Source: the human T2T-CHM13v2.0 reference genome, Homo sapiens
NCBI RefSeq assembly: GCF_009914755.1
Contig: NC_060939.1
Length of the DNA stretch: 64,000 bases
Direction: 5' to 3' (one strand)
Part shown: positions 36,750 to 55,050 of the stretch, piece after piece
How the letters are laid out: every line of letters starts with the position of its first letter
Position numbering within the stretch: position 1 is the stretch's first letter
Made by a program: the position numbers and the translations under genes
Notes under the pieces: model-generated
The model's database searches: none
The model's input: only the letters and a program-made list of their open reading frames with translations
What the model was told of the DNA's origin: nothing

Positions 36750-37420
36750 ACTGCATAAACAAATGTATGGAAATAAGCAAATAATCATGACTTAAATAAG
36801 ATGGAAGTTTGTTTCTCTCTGACATGATAGGCGGCCAGAACAAGGGGTCCAGGTTATTGTACAGATTCAAGATGTCAGGCATTTGGAATGTTGTTGCTCC
36901 ACTCTTTTAGTATCTGACTTTCTACTCATGGTTCAATATGGTGGCATGGTCTCCAGCCCTCACATCTCCATTGCAGCTAGCAGCAAAAGGAGAGGGAAGA
37001 GTTCACATTCACTTTTTTACGAAATTAAAGAGATTTTTATGGTCTTAATACATTCCTACTTACTTCTCATGAGGTCAAAATTCATCATACAGTCACACAG
37101 AGCTGCAAGGGAGTCTAGGAAAAACAGTCTCAAAAAGTAGAGGTGGACAGCTTCTCAGGGATCTCCCAAGTTCTGATGACTCTCTCAACTCTGCTTCTCT
37201 CTGGGTTCCAGACTAGATTCTCTCAGAAAAAGTCTTGGAATATAGGATGGAAAAAAAAATCCAGCTGCTGCACCTATAGATTCACAGTCTGAGCTTCTCC
37301 CACCACCCTCTCAGTCTTTGCTGATCAAATTCAGGAGAAGGTTAACTAGCCTGTCTTGAACCGTATGTCTATCTCTGGGATAATCTCTGCACCTGAGAAA
37401 GGCTGGCTTCTCAGAGCAGA
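36750..37420. mobile_element. Old LTR fragments (LTR33-like and MLT1-like)
   Basis: 'gacttaaataagatggaagtttgtttctctc', 'agtcacacagagctgcaagggagtctaggaaa'. Confidence 0.5.
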
Positions 37421-37892
37421 TGATTTTGTTGTTGTTGTTGTTAAACTTTAAAAGATGAATCAGATGTTACAATGACTCAGGGCTGGGCAGGCAAAGTCAG
37501 AGAACTAGGAAATTGACGATGGAGTCAGAGATTGAGGTGCTGGGTGTTATGTGATGAAGTACAGACAGAGAGGCCACATCTTTCCATGAGTGAATTTATG
37601 AAAGATCTCAGACACTTAGGTAAGGATCCTGAACTATTCTCTGCAGTTGATGAGAAACCACCAACATTTTGTGACCAGTCATGTCAACATTTATGCTTAT
37701 ACATCTTAAATAGGTCTAAATGTGTTTAGACCTATTACCTTGGAACCCATGCATAGGATGGATGAGAAGGGATGGCACTGAAGATGGAAGCCTGGAGACT
37801 CTGGCATGGGATGGATGGTGGTAATGGAGTCTTTGAACCTGGAGCATGGAGTGGGAAGGAAGAAGTGAGAAGGCATTCAAAGTCACCAGTGA

Positions 37893-38255
<363 letters not shown>

Positions 38256-39074
38256 TCACCACAGAAGCAAACTGTTGTGTCTCTTTGATGTTGAGGGAAA
38301 AATCAAACGTGACTTCAGAGCTCTAACCTGAAAGGTTGAGTGGGAAACAAACTCCCAATAAAAGAACATAAATTATGTCTGGGGGAGAAAAGAAGACAAA
38401 GTTGAGTTCAGTCTTTGCTTTATTGATTCTTCTTCTGAAGGAGATTCTTCTAAAACAGGGAGTCACATTTAGCCTTTGCTCGTTCTTCTCCTCTTCCCAA
38501 AGGGGTTCTTCTAAATGCTGGGCTGAACTAGGGCTCAAACATAAGCTTCCTTCTCTCTCCAGGGGATCTCACTCAGCCCCAGGACTTGACACATCCACTC
38601 AAAATCCTAAATTCCCATCTCTGGCTTTGACATCTTTTCTCTACTTCAGATTCGTTCATGTAACTGTATCCTCAACTTCTCAGCTCAGATAAATGATTAG
38701 GGCTTCCAAGTTAACCCATCCCAAACCATCTGGAAAGCCTTCACTGGATTCACCACCACCCCTGAGAAGTGTTTTGGCAGAAGACTTTGGAAACTTTGAA
38801 CTCTTCTTTCTCTTATCTCCCCCTTATACAATTCATTGGCAAGTCTCTTGAATGACCTCAAACATTTGTCAAATTGGATCAGATTTTCCTGCCTTTGCTT
38901 TCTTCACCCTCATGCATGACATATGTCATCTGGATCATAGCCACATCCTCCTGATTGATCTCTTGGCTTCTGTCCTGGTTTCTGCTTTGATCCTGGAATT
39001 ATTCTTAAGCAGAGAAATCTTTTAAAAATAGAGATGATTTTTAGCTTGTGGCCCTCATCCCTTGCTAATGACTA

Positions 39075-39480
39075 AATAGCAAAGTTTCCCAAAATTTGTA
39101 TGTTGAAGGCCTAACCACTACTAATCATGTCCCTCCAAAATGCACCATATTGAAACCCTAATCCCCAAAGGGATGATATTAGGAGGTGAAGTCTCTGGAG
39201 GTGATGAGGTTTAGATGAGGTCATGAGGATGGGTCCTTCATGACGTGATTAGTATCCTTATAAGAAGAGCGAGAGACACAAAAGTGCTCTCTCTCTCTCT
39301 CTCTCTTTCTCTCTCTGAAGACACCATCTGTGAACCAGCAAGAGGACCCACTCCAGACAATAAATCTGCCATACCTTGATCTCGGACTTCCCCATCTCCA
39401 GAACTGTGAGAAATCAATGGCTGTTACTTAAGCCACCCAGTCTATAATTTTTGTTATGGCAACCCGAGCTGACTAAGACA
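39075..39480 (+). mobile_element. MLT1A-type MaLR solo LTR
   Basis: 'gattagtatccttataagaagag', 'ccttgatctcggacttcccatctccagaactgtgagaaat', terminal 'gagctgactaagaca'. Confidence 0.85.
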
Positions 39481-39817
39481 TCCCTCATGCCACTCAAAAC
39501 CCGCCAATAATTTCACATCGAAGTCAGAATACAATCTGACTACTTCCCTTTGGCTTCTTTGTAACTCTGTCCCTGGTCACTTGCTCCAACTGGGACTCTG
39601 TGGTCCCAATAAAATAACGTAAATTATGTCTGGGGAAGAAAAGAATACAAAGTTGAGTTCAGCCTTTGCTTTACTGATTCTTCTTCTGAAGGGGGTTCTT
39701 CTAAAACAAGGAGTCGTCACGTTTAGCCTTTGCTTGTTCTTCTTTGCTGCCCCCTTGGGCGTCCTCCCAGTCATGCCAAATTCATTCCTGCTGCAGACCT
39801 CCAGTACATTACTCCTT

Positions 39818-40347
39818 CTGTGAGTGTCCTCTGGCCGCCATCACCAATGATCACATTCATATTGGCTTAAAGCAACAAAAATGTATTGTCTTACAGTGTT
39901 GTAGTTTTGAAGCCCACCTTGGGTCTCACTGGCCTAAAACCAAGGTGTCAGCAAAACTTCCCTCTTGATGCAAGTTCTGGGGGAGAATCAGTTTCCTTGC
40001 CATTTCCTGCTTCTAGGGGAATGTTTCTAGAGTATTCCTTGGCTCCTGGACCCTTCCTTGACCTTCAAAGCCAGTAGTGCAGCATCTTCTAATTTCTCTG
40101 TGACTCTGACATTTGCTTTTGTCCTAACATCACCTCCTCTGGCTCTGGCACTCCTACCTCCCTCTTACAAAGATCCTGTGATGATCTTAGACCCAGCTGG
40201 ATAATCCAGGGTCATTTCATCTCATGATTCTTAAACTAATCACATCTGCAAAATCTTTTTAGCCATGACAGGTTTTTACAGATTTCTGGAATTAGGATGT
40301 GGATTTTTTTTTGAGGGGGTGAAGGGGGTGCTTACTCTGTCAACCAC
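39818..40347 (-). mobile_element. MLT1C/D-type MaLR LTR
   Basis: 'ggcttaaagcaacaaaaatgtattgtcttacag', 'ggataatccagg', 'aatcacatctgcaaa'. Confidence 0.8.
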
Positions 40348-41990
40348 ATGGGGATTAGGATGTAGACATCCTTGGGGCCATTATTCTGTCTGCTACCTAG
40401 TATTCGGACATGGACATCTTTGGGACCATTATACTCTGTATCACATGAGGATTAGGACATGGGTATCTTTGGGACCATTATTCTGTCTCCCACATGGGGA
40501 TTAGGATGTGGACATCTTTGGGGCCATTATTCTGTCTGCCACGTGGGGATAAGGATGTGTACATCTTTGGGGCCATTATTCTGTCTACCACATGGGGATT
40601 AGGATGTGGACATCTTTGGGGTCATTATTCTGTCTACCACATGGGGATTAGGACGTGGACATCTTTGGGACCATTATTCTGTCTGCCGCGTGGGGATTAG
40701 GATGTGTACATCTTTGGGGCCATTATTCTGTCTATCACATGGGTATTAGGACGTGGACATCTTTGGGGCCATTATTCTGTCTGCCACATGGGGATTAGGA
40801 TGTGTACATCTTTGGGGCCATTATTCTGTCTATCACATGGGGATTAGGACGTGGACATCTTTGGGGCCATTATTCTGTCTGCCACATGGGATTAGGACAT
40901 GGACATATTTGAGGCCATTATTCTGTCTACCAAATGGAGATTAGGATGTGGACATCTTTGGGGCCATTATTCTGTCTCCCACATGAGGATTAGGATGTGG
41001 ACAGCTTTGAGGCCATTATTCTGTCTCCCACATGGGATTAGGATGTGAAGATCTTTGGGAACATTATTGTTTCCACCACATGGGATTAGGATGTGGACAT
41101 CTTTGGGGCCATTATTCTGTCTCCCACATGAGGATTAGGATGTGGACAGCTTTGAGGCCATTATTCTGTCTCCCACATGGGATTAGGATGTGAAGATCTT
41201 TGGGAACATTATTGTTTCCACCACATGGGATTAGGATGTGGACATCTTTGGGGCCATTATTCTGTCTCCCACATGAGGATTAGGATGTGGACAGCTTTGA
41301 GGCCATTATTCTGTCTCCCACATGGGGATTAGGACATGGATATCTTTGGGGCCATTATTCTGTCTACCACATGGGGATTAGGACATGGACATCTCTGGGG
41401 ACATTATTCTGTCTACCACATGGGGAATAGGATATTGGTAACATCTTTAGGGCCATTATTCTGTCTACCACATGGGGATTAGGACATGGATATCTTTGGG
41501 GCCATTATTCTGTCTGCCACATGGGGATTAGGATGTGGACATCTTTGGGGCCATTATTCTGTCTACCACATGGGGATTAGGACATGGACATCTCTGGGGA
41601 CATTATTCTGACTACCACATGGGGAATAGGATATTGGTAACATCTTTAGGGTCATTATTCTACCACATGGGGATTAGGACATGGATATCTTTGGGGCCAT
41701 TATTCTGTCTACCACATGGGGATTAGGACATGGACATCTCTGGGGACATTATTCTGTCTACCACATGGGGAATAGGATATTGGTAACATCTTTAGGGCCA
41801 TTATTCTGTCTACCACATGGGGATTAGGACATGGATATCTTTGGGACCATTGTTCTGTCTACCACATGGGGATTAGGACATGGACATCTCTGGGGACATT
41901 ATTCTGTCTACCACATTGGGATTAGGACATGGATATCTTTGGGGCCATTATTCTGTCTACCACGAGATAATTACAACTTGGACATCTTTG
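40347..41990 (-). repeat. 49-bp VNTR (~33 copies) derived from the MLT1 LTR 5' terminus
   Basis: Unit catggggattaggatgtggacatctttggggccattattctgtctacca (period 49, e.g. 40591 to 40640). Confidence 0.95.
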
Positions 41991-42360
41991 GTGAAATCAC
42001 TTTGTCTTCATCCTTTCTTATTCTTAGAATTCTCCTAGTGACAAACGTCTTCTTCTTCCTCAACTTCTTCTTCCTCAGCGTTCCTATGGGGCCTCCAACA
42101 CTCACCAGACAGCTCCCTGACTGCATTACCCTAGATTGTATTTGGCCAAGATTCTCGGGTTTTTCTTGGTTTCTCCAAGCAGAATGGAAGCTTTAGAGGG
42201 CAAAGTGTTTGTTACTCTTTCTTATTCTAATTGTGTATTCTTATTTATTGACGTGTCTCCAGCTTTCAAGGCAGATTCTCACCCATTAGGTCTTCTATAT
42301 ACAATTAAATTTACCTAGAAAGTATTTCCTTCTTATTTAAAACTTTTTAAAAGTAAATTC

Positions 42361-42468
42361 ATGTATACATATGTAACCAACCTGCATGTCGTGCACATGT
42401 ACCCTAAAACTTAAAGTATAATAATAATAAAATTTTAAAAAAGAAAGATAACAACCAAAAAACAACAA
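42361..42468 (+). mobile_element. Severely 5'-truncated L1PA 3' end
   Basis: 'atgtatacatatgtaac.aacctgca..t.gtgcacatgtaccctaaaacttaaagtataat' plus A tail; TSD aaaagtaaattc at 42349 and 42469. Confidence 0.92.
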
Positions 42469-42591
42469 AAAAGTAAATTCCAAAATTTCTATATCACATT
42501 ACAAATTCACTTGCCACCCATGAAGAACACATTTGCAAAATAAATGGTGTCTTGAGACGAAATGAGTTTTCAATGAAGATTTTAGAGACTC

Positions 42592-42892
42592 TTTATTTTT
42601 ATTTTTATTTTTTAGACAGAGTCTCACTCTGTCACCCTGGCTGTAGTGCAGTGGCGCAATCTTGGCTCACCACAACCTCCGCCTCCCGGGTTCAAGCAAT
42701 TCTCTGCCTCAGCCTCCCGAGCAGATGAGATTACAGGAACCCTTCACCTTGTCTGGCTAATTTTTGTATTTTTAGTAGACACAGGTTTCACCTTCTTGGC
42801 CAGGCTGGTCTTGACCTCCTGACCTCAGGTAATCCCCCCACCTCGGCCTCCCAGGGTGCTAGGATTACAGATGTGAGCCACCGTGCCTGGCC
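42592..42892 (-). mobile_element. Alu (AluS)
   Basis: Antisense Alu. Confidence 0.94.
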
Positions 42893-43260
42893 GAGACTTT
42901 TTAATACATGCTTTGGTTCTAATAAAGTTCCCCATTGAGCTGTTTGGACAGATGACAGAGAAGAAATCATTTACAATTCTCTTAACAAAACCCCCATAAA
43001 TAATAACCCATTTCCCCCCAGATAGAAAAGGGAACTATTTCACCCTGCTCTTTGAGGAAATTGAATAAATAGTAAATGAAGTTCTGTCTGTACAGGAAGT
43101 GTGGGTACTTGGCATTACATCTAGACAAGTAAAGACACAAGTGTTTTCTTCCAAATGAATGACATGTTTAAAAACCGTCATCACCACCCTCTCTGTGTTT
43201 ACAAGTTTTGAGTGCCTTTTAACCACTGGGTGCTAGAAGCAAATTTCCATGTGAACACAC

Positions 43261-43577
43261 CCTCCTTCTTCTTCTCCTCCTGCTCCTCCCGCTCCTCCTA
43301 CTCCTTCTTTTCTCCTTCTCCTTCTTCTTCTTCCTCTTCTTCCTCTTCCTCCTCTCCTTCTCCTTCTTCTCCCTCTTCTCCCTCTTCCTCTTCTTCCTCC
43401 TCTCCTTCTCCTTCTTCTTTTTCCCCTTCCCCTACCCCTTCCTCCTCCTTCTCCTCCTCCTCCTTCTCCTCCTCCTCCTCCTCCTCTTCTTCTTCTTCTT
43501 CTTCTTCTTCTTTTTCTTCTTCTTCTTCTTCTTCTCCTTCTCCTTCTCCTTCTCCTTCTCCTCCTTCTCCTTCTTCA
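43261..43577 (+). repeat. Pyrimidine (TCC/TTC/TCTCCT)n tract
   Basis: ~315 bp almost purely C/T, at the tail of the adjacent antisense L1. Confidence 0.95.
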
Positions 43578-44021
43578 CTTCAAGTTATGGTATACATTTG
43601 CAGAACGTGCAGGTTTGTTACATAGGTATACATGCGCTATGGTGGTTTCCTGCACCTATCAACCCATCATCTAGGTTTTAAGCCCTGCCTGCATTATGTA
43701 TTTGTCCTAATGCTGTCCCTCCCCTTTCCCCCAACCCCCAGACAGGCCCCAGTGTGTTATGTTCCCCTCTCTGTGTCCATGTGTTCTCATTGTTCAACTC
43801 CCTCTTATGAGTGAGAACATGCGGTGTTTGGTTTTCTGTTCCTGTGTTAGTTTGCTGAGAATGATGGCTTCCAGCTTCATGCATGTCCCTGCAAAGGACA
43901 TGAATGCATCCCTTTTTATGGCTGCATAGTATTCCATGGTGTCTATGTGTCACATTTTCTTTATTCAGTTTATCACTGATGGGCATTTGGGTTGGTTCCA
44001 AGTCTTTGCTGTTGTGAATAG
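43578..44021 (-). mobile_element. L1PA (L1PA8-10-like) 3'UTR
   Basis: 'gcagaacgtgcaggtttgttacataggtatacatg', 'gtgttctcattgttcaactccc.cttatgagtgagaacatgcggtg'. Confidence 0.92.
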
Positions 44022-44226
44022 GAGCACATCCTCCTGATTCAACAATGAGATCATCGTCCACTGTTCTGTTCAGGACTACTGAAAGGTCCCAGGCTGCTAA
44101 GACAATCTCGAATTCTCTCAACACCCCACAGCTTGTCAATACTGGAGGTATTCTGGTGATTTTTTTTTTTTTGGAAAGTGGCTATTTATATATCACAAGG
44201 TTTCTTGATTACAAAAGCAGTCAACT

Positions 44227-44798
<572 letters not shown>

Positions 44799-44854
44799 TC
44801 AGTGGGGTGAAAAAACAATATTCTTCGTGATGTGGGTAACACCAGGAAAAAAAA

Positions 44855-45863
44855 ATCAGTGTCTCTTGTCCATAGGTTCTCATCATTTAGCTCTCACTTT
44901 TATTTTTAATTAATTTTTTTTTTTGAGACAGAGTCTCACTCTGTCACCCAGGCTGGACTGCAGTGGCAAGATCTCGGCTCACTGTACACTCCACCTCCCT
45001 AGTTCAAGTGATTCTTCTGCCTCAACCTCCTGGGTCACTGGGATTACAGGTGTCTGCCAGCACTCCTGGCTAACTTTTGTATTTTCAGTAGAGACGGGAC
45101 TTCACCATATTGGTCAGGCTGGTCTAGAACTCCTGTCCGCAAATGATCTGCCCTCCTCGGCCTCCCAGAGTGCTGGGATTACAGGCATGAGCCACTGTGA
45201 ACAGCTGGTAACGCTCTTTCATGATAGGATCTTTATTTTTAAATTTATTTATTTATTTTGAGACTGAGTCCCACTCTGCCGCCCAGGCTGGAGTACAGTG
45301 GCGTGATCTCAGCTCACTGCAACCTTCACCACCCGGGTTCAAGTGAGTCTTCTGCCTCAGTGCCCCCCGAGTGTCTAGGATTACAGGCATGCGCCACCAT
45401 GCCCAGCTAATTTTTGTATTTTTAGGAGAAATGAGGTTTCATCATGTTGGCCAGGCTGGTCTCAAACTCCTGACCTTAAGTGATCCACACACCTTGGCCT
45501 CCCAATGTGATGGAATTACAAGTGTGAGCCACCACACCCGGCTGGCTCCCACTTTTAAATGAAAACTTGTGGTATTTAGTTTTCTGTTCCTGCATTGGTT
45601 TGCTAAGCATACCATAGCTCCAGCTGTGTTCCTGCAAAGGATATGAGCTCATACTTTTTTATGGCTGCATAGTATTCCATGCATATGTGGCACATTTTCT
45701 TTAAGGGTGCAGGTTGGGAGGAGGGAATGGATCAGAAAAAAATAACTTATTGTGTACAAAGTTTGTACCTGGGTGACAAAATAATCTGTACAACAAAACC
45801 CTATGACATGAGTTTACCTATATAACAAACCCACACATGTACCCCTGGACCTAAAATAAAAGT
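44855..45863 (+). mobile_element. Short L1PA13-16-like insertion with a 5' inversion, interrupted by two antisense Alus (44898-45208, 45232-45545)
   Basis: Antisense L1 3'UTR segment joined at ~45703 to sense segment 'agggtgcaggttgggaggaggg...aaataaaag'. Confidence 0.8.
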
Positions 45864-45864
45864 G

Positions 45865-45990
45865 TTTTTGTTTGTTTGTTTTTTTGTTTTTGTTGTGTTT
45901 GTATGTTTGTTTGAGATGGAGTCTCTGCCTTTCTTGCTCAGGCCAGAGTACAGTGGTGCAATCTTGGCTCACTGCAACCTCCACCTCCCA
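45865..45990 (-). mobile_element. Truncated Alu right arm
   Basis: Ends 'ctccacctccca|gaaaaag'. Confidence 0.85.
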
Positions 45991-46036
45991 GAAAAAGAAA
46001 GCAAATACGGCAAACAGCATCAGCTTTTTAGAAGAA

Positions 46037-47175
46037 GCTGGAGCTTCTGGTGGGTGGACCATGCTGGAGCTTCTGGTGGGTGGGCGATGCTGGAGCTTCT
46101 GGTGGGTGGACCATGCTGGAGCTTCTGGTGGGTGGGCGATGCTGGAGCTTCTGGTGGGTGGACCATGCTGGAGCTTCTGGTGGGTGGGCGATGCTGGAGC
46201 TTCTGGTGGGTGGACGATGCTGAATCTTCTGGTGGGTGGACCATGGTGGAGCTTCTGGTGGGTAAATAATGCTGGAGCTTCTGGTGAGTAGACCATGGTG
46301 GAGCTTCTGGTGGATAAATTATGCTGGAGCTTCTCATGGGTAAATCATGCTGGAGCTTCTGGTAGGTGGACCATGCTGGAGCTTCTGGTGGGTGGACCAT
46401 GCTGGGGCTTCTGGTGGGTGAACCATACTGGAGCTTCTGGTAGGTAGGCCATGGTGGAGCTTCTGGTGGGTAGACCATGGTGGAGCTTCTGGTGGATGGA
46501 CCATGCTGAGCTTCTGGTGAGTGAAGCATGCTGGAGTTTCTGGTAGGTGGACCATAGTGGAGCTTCTGGTGGATAGACCATGGTGGAGCTTCTGGTGGGT
46601 GGAGCATGCTGGAGCTTCTGGTGGGGTAAATCATGCTGGAGCTTCTGGTGGGTAAATCATGCTGGAGCTTCTGGTGAGTAGACCATGGTGGAGCTTCTGG
46701 TGGATAAATTATGCTGGAGCTTCTCGTGGGTAAATCATGCTGGAGCTTCTGGTGGGTGGACCATGGTGGAGCTTCTGGTGAGTAGACCATGGTGGGAGCT
46801 TCTTGGAGGTAAATTATGCTGGACCTTCTGATGGGTGGACCATGCTGGAGCTTCTGGTGGGTGGACCATGGTGGAGCTTCTGGTGGGTAAATTATGCTGG
46901 AGCTTCTGGTGGGTGGACCATGTTGGAGCCTCTGGTGGGTGGATCATGCTGAAGATTCTGGTGGGTAAATCATGCTGGAACCTCTGGTGGGTACATCATG
47001 CTGGAGCTTCTGGTGGGTAAATTATGTTGGAGCCTCTGGTGGGTAAGTCATGCTGAAGCTTCTGGTGGGTAAATCATGCTAGAGCCTCTGGTGGGTAAAT
47101 CATGCTGGAGCCTCTGGTGGGTAAATCATGCTGGAGCCTCTGGTGGGTAAATCATGCTGGAGCCTCTGGTGGGTG
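46037..47175 (+). repeat. 26-bp G-rich minisatellite (~44 copies)
   Basis: Unit gctggagcttctggtgggtggaccat, period 26 (46037 to 46063). Confidence 0.96.
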
Positions 47176-47671
47176 GGGTATCCACACACCTGTGGGTGCC
47201 CATTGATAGTGGGGACTTCACCCCATGTCCCAGAATCCTGCAAGGAGGCCACACCCCCCATACATTCTTTACAGTAAGTTAATACGTCCACAGCACGCTG
47301 TGCGTTTCCCCAAAAATGACATCGGCCAATTACACTTTCAAATCACATGCCTTCCTGATGGGCAAAACTGGAAATGTGAACACACTTTAATCCTCAGATA
47401 ATGTAATGGTTTACATCTGGGGCTCTTCAGGCAGCCCATGGCTGGTTCACGTTGCTCCCTTCCAAGAAATGTTTTGCAGTATGTGTCTTGTTTAATAACG
47501 ATTTAAACATGGAAAATAAATGCTTTCTTCTTAGGCGTTCACCTGTCTATCACCCGGAGTCTGGGAGGACGGCCCTTCTTTTCAGCGGCATTCGCCAAGC
47601 CAGTCTCCATGAATCACTGACAGAATCCTCTAATGGTTTCCTTTTTTGTTGTTGTTGTTTAACACTTAAGC

Positions 47672-49020
<1,349 letters not shown>

Positions 49021-49064
49021 AAACACGCCAGACACTTTGCATTTGCTCAATAAGGTTTTGTGGC

Positions 49065-49330
49065 TATTTGAGGTTTTCAACCCTAGCCTCCCTCCCTTCC
49101 TCCCTCCCTCCCTCTCTTCTGCTAGTCCCCCAGCTTCTGTTGTTCCCATGTTTATATCCGCGTATATCCAACACTTAGCTCCCACTTATAAGTTGAGAAC
49201 ATGCAGGATTTGTTTCTGTGTTCCTGTGATAATGATCTTAGGATAATATTCCCCAGCTGCATCCAGGTTGCCACAAAGGACATGATTTCTTTCTTCCTTA
49301 TAGCATATTCCATGGCAAATCTACATATTT
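49065..49330 (-). mobile_element. L1PA16/L1PB-like 3'UTR fragment (continues at 48568-48655)
   Basis: 'ttagctcccacttataagttgagaacatgc', 'cagctgcatccaggttgccacaaaggacatgatttc'. Confidence 0.8.
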
Positions 49331-49647
49331 CAAAGTACTTCAGTGATATAATTCACACCAATACATCAATAACGAGATAAATAAATAACCTAAGGCATTT
49401 TTTTCAGTGTTTGCCATCGGAGTAATGGGCACACCCAATCTGGTTGTAATTTTTCTCTCCCAGTTTGCTGAGCAGAGAGGCCCAGCTTTTTCCAATGTGA
49501 CTTGGGGCAAATTCACCTGGCTGTTCAGCTCAAGAGACAGAGATTAAGCCGCACTACAGCCAGGTACTGTTTCCAAGAAACTCAAGACTCCTTCCTCTGG
49601 CCCTGTGCACAGAGACAGCTGAGGATAAGACACCACCTTTACTTTAA

Positions 49648-50307
<660 letters not shown>

Positions 50308-50328
50308 TAAATAGGAGGATCCCCCTCA

Positions 50329-52763
<2,435 letters not shown>

Positions 52764-52970
52764 CTACCTTTATTTTATGGAGAGAAATATGCAATTTTTA
52801 CATAGTGCTTTTGTTTTAAAATGCAGCTTGATCCTCAGACAATGAGAGGCAGGCATTTTACAGAAGAGACATCAGAACTTTCTAGAAGGTGGGTGATTTT
52901 TCAGTGAGTATTCAGAGAATAAGTTGCAAAACAGAGGAAATGGCAACTTCTGAGCCTAAATTCAAGGGTT

Positions 52971-53280
52971 GGCCGAGCACAGTGGCTCACACCTGTCATC
53001 CCAACACTTTGGGAGGCCAAGGTGGGCATATCACCTGGGGTCAGGAGTTCGAGATGAGGCTGACCAACACGGTGAAAACCTGTCTCTACTAAAAATACCA
53101 AAATTAGCCAGGCATGGTGGTGGGTGCCTGTAGTCACAGCTACTCAGGAGGTTAAGGCATAAGAATCACCTGAACCTGGGAAGCAGAGGTTGCAGTGAGC
53201 CGAGATTGTGCCACTGCACTCCAGCCTGGGAGACAGAGCGAGACTCCATCTCCAATACATACATACATATATACATAAAA
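52971..53280 (+). mobile_element. Alu (AluS)
   Basis: Full Alu. Confidence 0.94.
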
Positions 53281-53679
53281 TTAAAGTTGTTCAGCCATGT
53301 TGTCCCCGGTCCCCAAACTCTTAACTTTTTGCATTTCATAGAAAGTGCTAGGATTTACAAGGATGCCACTACCCTCGGCAGCCCACTAAGATGTAAGTGA
53401 GATGCCACCTGTGATGGTCATTGGAGCACCTTGCCACCCTCCTCAATGGGCACCGGTGAGGAGGGTGACAGGTGTTCGGAGTTCCTGTGGGTTCTGGGAT
53501 TCCAAGCTGTCACAGCGATAACCCAGGGTCGATGGTTTCCTGAGGAGTTTGGCAAGCCTCAGCCCTTGGATTCATTCCTCAACATTCGTGAAGCAAAACA
53601 GACTTTTCAAATCATGTTTAAAACAATTAGCGTGTTTACCCAAACAAAGGTTAAGCCTGCAAAGGAAAAGCGTCTGTAA

Positions 53680-54043
<364 letters not shown>

Positions 54044-54461
54044 TCAAAGCTCATCTTCTAAGGCATGCAGAAACTCAGTCAGCTCCACAGATGTGAGGTC
54101 TAAATGAGCAGTGCAACCTTGCTTACGGAGACTCGGGAAGGCAGGGAGAACAGAGTCTTGGCCCAGGCCACCAAGGAGGAGGCAAGATGCCAGATGGAGA
54201 AGGGGTTGCCCCAAGCCCCAGGTTGACATGGAAGTTGGGAACAGCCAAACAGAGAATCTCAGGATCTCCATGGAGGCTAAGAACCTTTCATTGGAGATTC
54301 AACTTTTGCAATAAGCAGTGCTGGGTTACATAAGTGCCTAATTAAGACCCTTGGAACTAATTATATAGGACAGAGAGGAGGTGATGGTGAAGACGTGAGA
54401 TTCTAAGCTGTGATGATACTTACCACATGAGAGGATCAAGACCCACTGATGAACTCCTGGT

Positions 54462-55050
54462 AGTAGAGAGAGGATAGGCAGATAGACAGCTAGCTAGACA
54501 GATAGATAGATGACAGATAGATAATTGATACATAGATTATAGATTCAATGGATAAATACACAGAGAATACATTAGATAGATGAATGGATAGATGGATGAA
54601 TGGATAGACACAGACATAGATAGATAGGTGGTCTTCATGTAAAGACAAGGTGTTTCTTCTGGAAGATTCATCAGGAAGGCGCCATCTTGGAGGCAAAGAA
54701 GAGCCCTCATCAGGGCTGTTTATCTATCCACCTACCTATCTATCAACATCTATTGATAGATAGGTAGGTGGATAGATAGATACATAGATGATTGATTGAT
54801 AGATGATAGATGATGAATATATAGATAGATGATAGTTGATAGATGATTGATAGAAAGATGATAGATGTTAGATACATAGATGATTGATGATAGGTAGATG
54901 ATAGATGAATATATAGATAAATGATAGATGATTGATATATAGATGATAGATGATTGATAGAAAGATGATAGATGTTAGATATATAGATACATAGATAGAT
55001 AGATAGTAGACAGATCAATTGATTGATAGATGATAGGTAATAGACAGATA
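54462..55050 (+). repeat. GATA-derived compound repeat
   Basis: GATA/GATG repeats with 'gacagctagctagac' and 'gattatagattcaat'. Confidence 0.92.

Noticed and set aside
40347-41990. CRISPR-like regular array
   Set aside because: Eukaryotic VNTR with no unique spacers and no cas genes
43212-43625. Ser/Pro-rich 137-aa ORF
   Set aside because: Pyrimidine microsatellite at an L1 tail
46020-46790. 256-aa repetitive ORF (HPPEAP/THQKL/PTRSS)
   Set aside because: A 26-bp unit cycling through three frames; not a protein repeat
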